DNA of 63,907 bases, the filler included, from Basidiobolus meristosporus CBS 931.73 (Eukaryota; Fungi; Basidiobolomycota), in NCBI GenBank assembly GCA_002104905.1. It is 3 parts of 3 records of this genome, joined end to end, with 100 filler letters (N's around TTAATTAATTAA, not from the genome) between each part and the next. Parts side by side here need not be neighbours in the genome. Positions count along the whole stretch, not along the records: positions 1 to 31,171 come from MCFE01000841.1; 2 more parts are not named here. One strand, given 5' to 3'. The translations under genes were made by a program, and so were the position numbers. The stretch's first letter is position 1. Each line of letters opens with the position of its first letter. The notes beneath the pieces were generated by a model that did no database searches, was not told the origin of the DNA, and was given only the letters and a program-made list of their open reading frames with translations. Positions 1 to 11,539 of the stretch are shown here, in pieces.

Positions 1-156
1 GGCTGTCAGTCAAGTAGGCAATTGGGAATCTCTGCAGAGCCACAAGCTGACCATATTACTGAGGCAGAGGAGAATATAGCAAAAGCAGTACCTTCAGTTG
101 AAGACCAACAAGTGGCCATCATAACATCACCACCACCTGTATTAGCAAGTATCCTG
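1..156 (+). pseudogene. Fragment of the accessory ORF2 of the CACTA-like element
   Basis: Translation (AEPQADH...AVPSVEDQQVAIIT) matches the ORF2 copies at 11750-11870 and 17098-17230; it abuts the element end at 157. Confidence 0.6.
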
Positions 157-1099
157 ATGAAAAATAATTTGGTCCCACAGGTGGATCCAATCCAGATCAG
201 CCATCACAATCCTGTTGAAAGACCATTATAATACCAGCAGCTTGGAATTAGTGACCCTCCTAACAATCTTATGACAGGATCATGTTGGTGTTTTGCTAAT
301 AATAAACCAAATAAAGATACAGAACTTGATGATACTTTATCAATGCTGTGACAATATTTGCATGGTATTGTTGCAGACTCTTAGCACTCCATAACTGTTT
401 TAAGTGGATCTAGTTGGCCAGGACATCCAATTGCCTTTTATGGCAAGAAACTTGACAGTATTTTGATGGCCTCATAGCAAGACCCTGATGGCATTATATT
501 GGCAGTATGACAGCCTACTGCTGGCTCTGTATAATGCTACCATACCAATTTACCAAATGGTATTTCCTTTTTCTACCTCCCCCTGTGCAATTCATATGCT
601 CCAGTTTAGAATCACCCCTCTTTATTTGCTTACCCACTACTACCATGGGTATTCCACATATAGCTTGAATCAAAAAGAAACTATGGCCTCCTGCTTACTA
701 ACCTTTACAAATATGCATACCTGCCACAATTGACATACTTCTATCACCTCAACTTTACAGCTTTTTAGTGTGATACTTGCAAAGTGACCATATACCTTGT
801 ACTGCTGCTAACATATACATCTTGCAAACATAAGCTTAGTTGTTGCCACTTCTGCAATGAATACCTCCTGAATATCCACCAAGAACTTCTCAGTATTTAG
901 CCAATCTATTCCTTCTCCCAGCTGGATTCTAGTCCCCCTTATAGGTGTGCTCTGTCTTATGTTTGTGTGAATTCTGTATTGAATGGTGTAGAAATTGGCT
1001 TGTGACCATGAGAAATCCAGCAAATCTTGGTAGAGTTTTCCTGATAGAAATTAGATGCTTGTTGCACCCAACCCAACTTTGCTTTACTTAACTGATTGC

Positions 1100-2073
1100 C
1101 TACGCATTGGGGCTGCTTAGCTTCTTAATGCCGTAGGCATGGGTGTCTCCATGTGCACATTTGTTCTCAGTATTATCCAACTCTTTCTGGCTGTCCTCCA
1201 TGTGCCAACTCATCAAATCCATGATGGACTTGAAGGTAATATTCTTGAAGAGATTGGGATATGGTAGTACCTGCAACTTGACTTGTCTTCCTATCTCCCC
1301 ATGTATCCGCTCCATCGGAAACTCCCAAAAGGTGAAGCAAGGCCTAATATTCTCCACACACTGTGCAAGATGGAGTAGAGAATGGATACAGTGGCGGCAG
1401 AGATCTACGCGTTCAGCTTTATGTTTGTAGTATAGCCACTCAAATCCTGTAACAAACTCCTCACACAACAGCTGTAGATGCGTCAAGTTGGCATTTGCAA
1501 TCCACTTCTGGATAAATATTCCTACAATATCCCCATATGACTCCCAATGCTTCCAATGTACTCTTGGTAGGAATGGCCTCAGACCACCACTTGAGTAAGT
1601 GCATATCCTGTTCATCCAGTCTTTGCATTTGTAATGTTGCATATGCATATGAATATTAATTGGCACCCATGAGAAGTACTTAGGGTAGTGGATATTCTAT
1701 AATATCTTGTCAATTCTTTCAGATTTCTCCAGTATCTTGAAGGGCTCATTTAGCTTGAAATGCCCCATGTACAACTTGATCATCAATATAGGGATATTGT
1801 TGAAAAGCAATTGCATTGCTCCCAGCGGAAAGCTTTTGTTCCAACAGATACCCTCTATCTTAAGTATCTCCAGTTTCCAATTGATTTGATAATCCACCCA
1901 ATGGCTTATAGCTTGCCAACTTTGCTGCAATTGCATGCTTACTTCTGTATGTTCTCTCTGTGGAAAGATGATGTTTTTAGTGCTGGTATATGGGTCATAA
2001 TAATGTGTGTGGGTTATGGAGTAGATCCCCTGGATCTCACGCATTCAACAGCAATACCATCCATTGTGCCCGG
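1100..2073 (-). pseudogene. CACTA-type (Transposase_21/DUF4218-like) transposase, core and C-terminal part
   Basis: Motifs SFPLGAMQLLFNNI, IHSLLHLAQCV and FWEFPMERIHG resemble EnSpm/CACTA transposase motifs (FPxDxMHLxFxN, HxLLH, WxFPMER); the frame is broken by stops. Confidence 0.8.
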
Positions 2074-2875
2074 TGTGGTGGTGTAGAAGTACTCCTGGGA
2101 GAAGCTACACAACTCAAGGTGTGTGAGGTGTCTGATGGGTGTGATAACCTCTGTGTCTAAACTGCTGGTGTCTTTGTCAATATGTCACTATGGTAAAAGC
2201 TCCTGCTTCTCTAGCTTCCTAGGTGCTCCAAGTGTCTCCAAAGGCCTCTGTGTGTCTTGTGCACTACCCTGAAAAGCTCCTTGATGGCAGGTCTGAGATG
2301 TACTGTTGAAGGCAGGTGCAGTGATCAACTGCTAATCAATAAGGTAGAAATGTTACTGATAGAAGGATGATTTATTGATGAGGGATTGCTTTCCCTTAAA
2401 TACTTTTCCTGATTGCCAAGTGATTACTAATGACAAGGTTCTAGAAGATTCTAGGTATCAGTGGAATTCTTGATGACATCACTATGAGCTAAAATATGCC
2501 AAGAATGTCCTGGAAGGTTCTAAAAGGCACAGCACTCTCAACCAATCAGGAATCAGTAGTCTGAAACCTGTGCAACATAGAAATACCATATAGGGTATTG
2601 AAATGGTAGGGATGGTAACACAGACCTAGGTCATGTGTCATGGGTACTGACGCGGGTACTTGCCTTATATAGATACATCTACTGATCACAAAGCTGAATA
2701 ACATCTGGGATAACTAATGCTAATAACTAATCAGGGTAAACATCATATGGGGATATTACTGATAATATGGGCAAAAGAAGAATGGGATAATACTGATAAG
2801 ATAAAATATGGATAAGTATATCATAATGACTATATGAATAAACTTGTCTGTGGGAGGTATGTTTACCCTACCACA
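2074..2875 (-). repeat. 3' LTR of family A (802 bp)
   Basis: Identical by eye to 4885-5686; TG...CA ends. Confidence 0.95.
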
Positions 2876-2890
2876 TCCACCCCCCACTTG
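2876..2890 (-). other. Polypurine tract of the family A element
   Basis: Minus strand reads CAAGTGGGGGGTGGA immediately before the 3' LTR. Confidence 0.7.
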
Positions 2891-2953
2891 AGCTAAAAAG
2901 TTTCAGGGAACTTTTTAGCTAACCACTGTAAGTTTGGAGAACAAAGTGCTCTC

Positions 2954-4810
2954 TCAGTCTTCCTCAATGAAGCCACCTGTCCTTTCTTGAGATAGAAATC
3001 TACATGATGTCATTGATTGGATATTGTTTGAGTACACACCACAGAAGGTTGCTGTTAGTCCTGGGCTCTCTGAGTATATAGTATACCATGCTGAACCATC
3101 TGGGTAGTTCACTGCAGTTGCTCTTGCTTTTACCTCCCATGGTCTTCCAAGAAGTAATTCAAAGTTAGCCTTTGCACATATGAATACTGGGATCTCATGG
3201 GGTATTCCTTCAATGATGAGAGGGAAGCTGTGAATAATTCCTAAAAGCTTTGATTGCCCTGAGTTGGCATCCTTCATGCTCCAATTGATATTGGTGTCTA
3301 TGGGCAATAAGTCTTTGCATGGTAGTTGTTTCCAAGCCTCCAAAGGCATCACACATATCTCAGATCCACTGTCTATATGACATAGGATTTCTTGATTATG
3401 CACAGTTCCTGTAGTTGTTGCAGTTGCCACTGAGTAGTAGTGTTTCTGGCTTTGATGCAGCTTACTGATATTTTGGCTTCCTTGAACTGTCCTGACCTGG
3501 TTGCCTTGAGTTGATTCAATTGGATGCTTTCTTATTCTGATATGCTCATCCAGAGTCTTTCTTACAGATGGTGATACACTGAGTAGCTCTCCAACCTTGA
3601 TTGATATGTTGCTTCCTAGTATATGACTTGTCAGAGCCTCTGGGGTACCATTTTGCTTGACTCTAGGCTGCATGTGGTAGTTGTTGGCCTTGGCAGACTC
3701 TTGTAAAATTAATGGGGGTGATGCTTTCTTCTCAATCACAACTTCTGGCTCACATCTTGGTACTTTTGTTGCTGGGCCTGGATTAGCCATTTTTTCAGGA
3801 TGGTGTCTCTTTGAAGCATAAATTGAAGCTATATGATCTTGGGCCTCTCTGGGGTCCTCATAGTCAAAGTTCAGAACTTCAGCTGGATCAAAGTAGTCAG
3901 GATCTTCTTCTTCATGGAGGTGAACCTTTCTTGTTTGAGAGGTGACTTGCTTGTAGTGAACTCTCATTCCTCCTTGTCCAAATGCTGTGGATAATTTGTC
4001 ACCATGCTTACTGACTATGTATCCCTGAGGACTATATAGAACATCACCTGTGGATAGTAATGACTGAAGCTCTTGGCAATTTCTCTTGGAATGGTTGGCA
4101 GAGTCACACCACATGCATGTATATTTGACTTCTTTCTCTACTGGCTTCTGACTATATGCTTTGCTGGCAAGTAGCAAAGTGAGTTTCTCTAGTTGCTGTG
4201 TCAGCTCCTGAATTTGAGTGCTTTGATTGCTGGGATTAAGTATGTCTTGGCTATCTTGATTTTGTTCTGGGCTTGAAAGAAGCTTTCTGATTGGTGAGGT
4301 TTCTTCAGGGGCAAGTAGAATCTGCTTAGCTAACTGAAATGCAGGCAGTGAACTCATAGCTTTCACAGTAGGATTGTTTTCAATCCTTCTCACCAGGCCT
4401 TCTGGTAGTGCTCTGAGCAGATAGGCAGATAAAGTCAGATCAGTGATAATGCCTTGGGCTTTCAGTGACTCTCCAATTTGCTCAAGGCCACTCAAGTATT
4501 CTTTCAATGGTAGCAGCTTAAACTTGCTATAAGCAAAGTTCTCCAAGTCTTGAAGTGTGTAGTCAACTTGTCTCTCTCCATATTCATCAATCAAGTAGCT
4601 CTTCAAGAGGGTCCAATTTGTCAGCAGATCATGTCTTTCATATAATGAGAGCATGATCTCATCAGTGCTGTAGGGGGGCATCTCTTCAGCCATAATGGCC
4701 TCAGGTATTTTGTGGGCTCTGCAGAAAAGTTCCCACCTCTTGATGAAAGCTTTGACTTTAGTTCCATCAAAGAAAGGGGTTCCTTGCATTCCTGGTAAAG
4801 GTAGATCCAT
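2954..4810 (-). CDS. gag: Gag-aspartic protease polyprotein, 618 aa, intact
   Basis: ATG start. CCHC knuckle CMWCDSANHSKRNC, retropepsin motif IDSGSEI and C-terminal LLLGRPW. The ORF stops ~80 bp before the 3' LTR. Confidence 0.9.
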   Translation of the reverse strand: MDLPLPGMQGTPFFDGTKVKAFIKRWELFCRAHKIPEAIMAEEMPPYSTDEIMLSLYERHDLLTNWTLLKSYLIDEYGERQVDYTLQDLENFAYSKFKLLPLKEYLSGLEQIGESLKAQGIITDLTLSAYLLRALPEGLVRRIENNPTVKAMSSLPAFQLAKQILLAPEETSPIRKLLSSPEQNQDSQDILNPSNQSTQIQELTQQLEKLTLLLASKAYSQKPVEKEVKYTCMWCDSANHSKRNCQELQSLLSTGDVLYSPQGYIVSKHGDKLSTAFGQGGMRVHYKQVTSQTRKVHLHEEEDPDYFDPAEVLNFDYEDPREAQDHIASIYASKRHHPEKMANPGPATKVPRCEPEVVIEKKASPPLILQESAKANNYHMQPRVKQNGTPEALTSHILGSNISIKVGELLSVSPSVRKTLDEHIRIRKHPIESTQGNQVRTVQGSQNISKLHQSQKHYYSVATATTTGTVHNQEILCHIDSGSEICVMPLEAWKQLPCKDLLPIDTNINWSMKDANSGQSKLLGIIHSFPLIIEGIPHEIPVFICAKANFELLLGRPWEVKARATAVNYPDGSAWYTIYSESPGLTATFCGVYSNNIQSMTSCRFLSQERTGGFIEED

Positions 4811-4863
4811 GGTCTTGATAATTTGTTCTTTCTTAAGTCTTCTAGGGGCAGTTCAGTCAAACC

Positions 4864-4880
4864 CCCCACGTTGGGTGCCA
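4864..4880 (-). other. Primer-binding site, tRNA-Lys(CUU)-like
   Basis: Minus strand TGGCACCCAACGTGGGG, 4 nt after the 5' LTR, versus the known Lys1,2 PBS TGGCGCCCAACGTGGGGC (one CG>CA difference). Confidence 0.8.
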
Positions 4881-4884
4881 AATA

Positions 4885-5686
4885 TGTGGTGGTGTAGAAG
4901 TACTCCTGGGAGAAGCTACACAACTCAAGGTGTGTGAGGTGTCTGATGGGTGTGATAACCTCTGTGTCTAAACTGCTGGTGTCTTTGTCAATATGTCACT
5001 ATGGTAAAAGCTCCTGCTTCTCTAGCTTCCTAGGTGCTCCAAGTGTCTCCAAAGGCCTCTGTGTGTCTTGTGCACTACCCTGAAAAGCTCCTTGATGGCA
5101 GGTCTGAGATGTACTGTTGAAGGCAGGTGCAGTGATCAACTGCTAATCAATAAGGTAGAAATGTTACTGATAGAAGGATGATTTATTGATGAGGGATTGC
5201 TTTCCCTTAAATACTTTTCCTGATTGCCAAGTGATTACTAATGACAAGGTTCTAGAAGATTCTAGGTATCAGTGGAATTCTTGATGACATCACTATGAGC
5301 TAAAATATGCCAAGAATGTCCTGGAAGGTTCTAAAAGGCACAGCACTCTCAACCAATCAGGAATCAGTAGTCTGAAACCTGTGCAACATAGAAATACCAT
5401 ATAGGGTATTGAAATGGTAGGGATGGTAACACAGACCTAGGTCATGTGTCATGGGTACTGACGCGGGTACTTGCCTTATATAGATACATCTACTGATCAC
5501 AAAGCTGAATAACATCTGGGATAACTAATGCTAATAACTAATCAGGGTAAACATCATATGGGGATATTACTGATAATATGGGCAAAAGAAGAATGGGATA
5601 ATACTGATAAGATAAAATATGGATAAGTATATCATAATGACTATATGAATAAACTTGTCTGTGGGAGGTATGTTTACCCTACCACA
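4885..5686 (-). repeat. 5' LTR of family A (802 bp)
   Basis: Identical by eye to 2074-2875; followed on the minus strand by the PBS. Confidence 0.95.
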
Positions 5687-5837
5687 CCGGAAAAACCTGC
5701 TATCTTGCTGATGGCTAGGGTATCTCAAATGCAGATAATAATATGAGCTTTGACATGACAGCCATTTACTGTTATCCCACTGAAAAGCATACAAAATTCA
5801 TCCAGTAATGGATACAGGAAGCTATCCAGGTTGGGCA

Positions 5838-6313
5838 GGAAAGGACTTAGGTGTGGACCATCAAGGCAAGACAGGATTCAAGCCAAGGCTGTTTATTCAA
5901 GACCTGTGTTTATCAGACTGAGGAATACTTAAGGGGGGATAGGACTATATATACTTTTTGGTTATACTGATGCCAAGAGATATTGGCTAATACTAATGGG
6001 GTTGTGGGGTGAGACACAGCAATGTGCTGGGGATAATAATATAGAAGGCAAGGCACTGAGACAGGATGGGGAAATGGATTGGGTCACCTGATTGTGTGAC
6101 TAAGTCATGTGACCTGGTATTTCCATATATGGTACTGAACTATGAAAAATACAATGGAAAGCTTCCATGGAATGTTCCATTGTGTAACAATGGTTTGGAA
6201 TGGTCAGGAACTTTCTGGAAGGTGGTAGAAGTTTCCAGAAGGAATCTCTTAGAAATTGAGCTAGGAAGCTGAAACTTGGCATGGGTGTTCATGATTGTCA
6301 TGTGATCATGACA
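5838..6313. repeat. Probable truncated LTR of another family inside CACTA copy A
   Basis: Absent from the other CACTA copies and ends in ...GATCATGACA; the left end is lost together with some CACTA sequence. Left boundary approximate. Confidence 0.4.
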
Positions 6314-6851
6314 CAAAGTAGCCCTTGCTTCTTAGCTGTTTGTAATGTTTGCCATCAAATATATCGGATATGTTTTGCTTGATTGACACTAAGTGCAACA
6401 CTGTTAGCTTTGCAATATTTGTTGGACTGTATCAGCTTCCTCAGATGGGGTATGACCGGAATATATCCAGAGTGTGAACATTGTTTTCCCCCAATGGTGG
6501 TGGATTCCTGACAATTTAGACACATTACAATGGTAGCATTTTTGGATGTGAATGCTATGCAACTGTTAACACATGCGGGAATCAGGACAGTCTCTGGATT
6601 GTATGTTGCCAGCCGCATGACAGTTGTCCACTTGTATCATGTACATGGTAAGTTGCATCCTGGTACAATTTTGGCAAGAAGTAGTAATAAATCCTCAAAG
6701 CCCCCATTACTGATATCAGTGGAAACACACCACTTCTATAGCCACAACATTACATCAATCTTCAGTAGATGGATTACTGGGCTCACTTGGCTCCATAAAG
6801 TATCCTTGGCATTTGTTTCAGCACTTGCTGTCCAATTGCATTTAGGGATTT

Positions 6852-9800
6852 TGCTGTCAGAGTCTTGGGAATACTGGAAGTGATTGGGTAGGACAAGTAA
6901 ATTATGTGGTTTTTACTTAATGATTCATTGAATGTAAAAGTAGTATTTATACTTTTACATGATCTTGGCATTATAAACATGTAGAATAGGTTAAGAAAGG
7001 TCTCAAGATCATGTGTGCAAAGTTTGGGGCTGTATGGATAACTTTGAGAATTTTCATGTTCTGGGTTCCTGGTATTTTGGTGAAAATATTCTTAGTAAAT
7101 CCTGACAAGGAATTTGGTCAGTATTCTCTAGGATTTGAAGGTAACAATCTAAGAGACTTAATTAGGTGAATATTTAGGTGGAATCACAAATTTTACAACA
7201 CTCCCACTCAGCTAAATGTTCATATTAACTAATCCTAATTTTGACCTAAGATATTCAAACTTGTCTCTAGCTAATGGTTTGCTAAATATGTCTGCAATCA
7301 TTTCATCAGTAGGACAGTAAGCTAAGCTAACTAGGTTATTCTCTATTGCTTCATGTATTATATGATGTCTAATATTTATGTGCTAGGTTCCGGCATGAAA
7401 AGTTGGATTTCTACCTAATTGTATACATCCTTGATTATCTTGAAATAAGGTAATAGGCATTTTTGACATAGGCCTAAATCTGTAAAAGCTTTCTTAACCA
7501 CATTGCTTCTTTTGTAGCTTCACAGGCTGCCATATACTCTGCCTCTGTGGTAGAAAGTGCTACAGTTGGTTGCTTTCTTGAATTCCATGAAATTGCTCCT
7601 TTAGAGTGAAAAAGGTGTATCCTGTGGTGGATCTTCTGTCTTCCAAATTTTGTCCCCAATCAGCATCAGAGTATCCCACAAGATCCTGTTCTGAAGCTTT
7701 ATATGTGTATCTTAAGCAAATATCAGCAGTTCCATTTAGGTATCTAAAAATCTGCTTAACTGCTGCAATATGATCAGATCCATAGTTTTGTGTATGTTGG
7801 CTGACAACTCCCACTGAATATGAGATATCTGGACATGTTCCAAGCATTATATACATCAGACTGCCAACCATAGATTGATAAGGAAAGTCAGGGCTTTCAG
7901 CAGGCACCAAGCTCTCTTGATTTGGTTGAGTTTTGACCAAGCTAAGGTTTGTCTCCATAGGGGTAGCTGCTGGTGTACAGTTTCCATTGGGTGCTTCTTT
8001 AGTATATCTTGAATATACTGGGACTGACTTAGAGTAATAGTCTGGGTACTTCTGTCTATGGAGAACTTAATCCCTAAGTAGTAACTGAGTTTTCCTAGAT
8101 AGGACATCTTGAACTCCTTAGAGAGGCTGGATTTAGTCTCTTCCAATGTTTCTAGGTTATTGGTGGCCAAAATAACATCATCCACATATAGAGCTAATAG
8201 CGCTGGATTTGCTGTATCTGGTTTATAGTTTATGCTAAAGTCAGCATTACTCCTTATGAAACTCAATGATTCCAAATAAGAAGCTATCTTGCAATTCCAG
8301 GCTCTGGGTGATTGTTTGAGTCCATGTAGTGACTTTTTAAGCTTGCAGACCAAGCGGGGGTTATCTTGATGAGCAAACCCATCAGGCTGGTCCATATACA
8401 TGTCCTCATCAAGTTCTCCATTCAAAAATGCAGTTTTTACATCCATTTGATGAATTAAAAACTTATATTTGGCAGCAATAGCCAATATTAATCTGATGGA
8501 ATTAAACTTGGCTACAAGTGCAACAGTCTCAGTAGAGTGAAGTCCTTTTGTTTGAGATTATTCTTTGGCCACAAGTCTTGCTTTGTATCTTTCAGCTGTA
8601 CCATCAGCCTTGTATTTTGTCTTGAAAACCCATCTGCATCCAATTGATTCTTGGTTGATTGGTAATTAGACCAAGTCCCAAGTTTGATTTCTATCAGGGC
8701 CTGATATTCCTCTGTCATTGCAAATCTCCAAAACTTTGTCTGAGGACTATTCAGGGCCTCTTTTATAGCCTGGGGCTCATCATTATGGACTGAATAGCCA
8801 TAGGCTAAGTTGGAACCCTCATTGATGTAGTAATTTGGGCTATTTCTTGTCCAATTGGATCACCAGGCAGTTGATACTGGAATGATCACTTCTGGGATAT
8901 TACTGGGCACTGATTCTGGCTGAACCACAGTTGTAGAGTCCTCTGGAGTGCAAACATTTTCATTGTTTTGCTCTTATGCAACCCTGACAATTGGTGGAGT
9001 TGAGATCATATTTTTGTCATCATCTGATGTATTTTTTGTGAAAATCTTAAATTTTCATCAAACAACACATCCCTGGACTTGATTAGCTTCTTTGCTTTAG
9101 TATTGTAGAGTCTGTATGCTTTACTTTCATTGCATTAGCCCAAAAATATGCATTTTACACTTTTTGGCTCAAATTTTGACTGATTTCCGGGAAGTTTCTT
9201 GGCATATGCTGTACACCCAAACATGCTTAGATGTTCCGCACTTGGTCTGTATCCATACCATGCTTTAAGTGGAGTAGAATCACAAAGTATTCTGTTATAA
9301 CTCCTATTTTTAAAATATACAGCAGTGGCAACTGATTCCGCCCAAAAATCATAGGATAATTTTTGATCATGGATCATAGATCTTGCCATATATATTATTG
9401 ATCTGTTAGCACATTCTGCTACTCCATTTTGCTGTGGGGAGTATGGTACAGTAGTCTATTGCTTTATCCCATGAATTTTGCAGAAGTGGATGAAGAGTTT
9501 TGAGGTATATTCTCCACCATTGTCAGAGCGTGTTTTCTTGATTTTTTTACCAGTTTCTCTCTCCACCATGCCTTTAAGCTCCCTGAGCTTAGACAGAGCT
9601 TCTTCCTTTCTCTCCATGAAGTAGACCCTTGTGTATCTTGTATAATCATCAATAAAGATGATTAAATATTTCATCCTGGCAATGTATAAATTTTGCATAG
9701 GTACACAGAGATCTGAGTAAATCAGATCTAGTTTTTTCTTAGTTTTGATCTACCCAGAGCTCTTGAACAATTGTCTGGCTTGTTATCTTCAGTTGTTGCA

Positions 9801-10930
9801 GCATTTCCATATTCAGGCTTTTTCTGTAGAATATCTTTTTTTTGAAGTACCAGTCTGATGTGTGTTCATGCCCATTGTAGCAGTTGCAAAACAGGTTGCT
9901 GTTGCCTTTGTAGGGTCATGGGTACCTCCTTTGTTGGTTATCATTGCTTATTAAAGCATTTTGTTCTTCCTTCTTATAGGCGCTTGATTCTCTTAATTCT
10001 TCATCCAGGAGCCTTCCATATACATAATTTAAGGTCAAATCTTCAGTGCTGGATTCTATGGCAGATACAAGGCCCTGAAACTTGTCTGTCAGGCTATTCA
10101 GGATGGTCACTACCACATCCTCATCTGTAGTTGGTATGCCTGCAGAATTCATTTCATCTACCAGCAGGGTAATTCTGTTAATTGGATTTTTCCTTTCTTC
10201 TTCTGGCAGCAAAGAATTTGTGTACCAGATACAATTTCTTAGCATCTGAGCATGACTGGTAGTAGTCTTCTAATGCCTTCCAGGCATTCTTTGCTGTTTT
10301 TGCTCTTGAGCATTGAATTAGCAATTTGTCCTTAACATTAACGCAACTACAGTTATAGGCACTTTGTTCTTTCTCCTGGTACTTTAAGGCTTCCTCTCCT
10401 ACATTTTTAGGAGGGCATTCTTCTCCCATGACAATATCCCAAAGGCCTCTTGCTTGTAGCAGCATCTTCATCTTCACCTTCCACACTTGGTAGTTAGATC
10501 CATCCAACCTTTCAGCGGAGGGAGAAATTCCAGTAATAGCAGTGGTAAACATTGCAGAGAGTGACAGCTCAGGGCTCATAGCCTGTTGTAAGAGTCTTGG
10601 GGATATTGGAAGTGATTGGGAGGACCAGTAGACTATGTGGTTTTCACTTGATGATTTATTGAATGTAAAAGTAGTATATACTTTTACATGGTCTTGACCT
10701 AACCAGCATATAAAATAGGTTAAGGAAGGTTGCAAAAACATGTGTGCAAAGTTCAGGGCAGTTTGGACAACTTTGAGAATTTTCATGTTCTGGGTACATG
10801 GTATTTTGGTGAAGATATTCCAAGTAAATCCCAACAAGGAATTTGATCAGTATTCCCTAGGATTTGAAGGAAATGATCTAAGTGACAAAGTTAGGTTAAT
10901 ATTTAGGTGGAATTACAAATTTTTACAACA
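6852..10930 (-). mobile_element. Ty1/copia element (family B), degenerate, protease region deleted
   Basis: Diverged ~347-bp LTRs at 6852-7200 and 10584-10930, 5-bp TSD GATTT, PBS GGCTATGAGCCC, PPT AGCTGAGTGGGAG. Fragments of Gag, integrase (IFIDDYTR, SDNGGEY), RT (QMDVKTAFLNG, LYVDD) and RNase H (YSDADW, STTEAEY). Confidence 0.93.
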
Positions 10931-11539
10931 GATTTGACCAGGCTCATACGTGGTACTGTTGTTGGGGGAGATAGGCTCAAAATCAATCAGTGGACCTTCT
11001 TTGTCAGAGCTATCACTCTGCATGCCATATTCAGAAGGCTGAGATGAGCTTAAAGATGTCACAAACTCACCTTACTCAGTTTGTGCAAGGTGACAAAGTA
11101 GGCCAGGTGCCAATATAGAAGTATCAACTGGCTGGAAAGCTAATGTTGGTACAGTAGTGACCAATGAATGGTCAATTATGACTGGGGTGGCAAAACACTG
11201 GCTATGATCCTTGTAAAGCTTTCTATGCTGTCTGTGTGCTTCATGGCTGAGAGGCTTGCCACAATAGCCACCTGGTCTTTTTTCTCTTCTCTTATGGTGT
11301 TGAGTCAAAGTAGTCTTGTCCATAGGACAAACAGCTTGACCTTCAACAATGTAATGCTATTATATCACCTTTGATCAATATTCATGTGATCTTTGGACAG
11401 TCTTGTATTTAAAACATTGCATTTACATGAATGTAAGACTCACTCATGACCCAGCATAGTAAGCATTACAAATAAAGTTGTGGCATCATATATATCTGTA
11501 TATGTCACACTATTTCCACTTTGGTTTACTCACTTCCAT

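Larger units (their letters stand above)
2074..5686 (-). mobile_element. Young LTR retroelement (family A) encoding only Gag-protease, inserted in the CACTA transposase
   Basis: Two 802-bp LTRs with TGTGGT...ACCACA ends, 4-bp TSD CCGG (2070-2073 and 5687-5690), PBS, polypurine tract, and a single intact ORF with no RT, RNase H or integrase. Confidence 0.93.
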
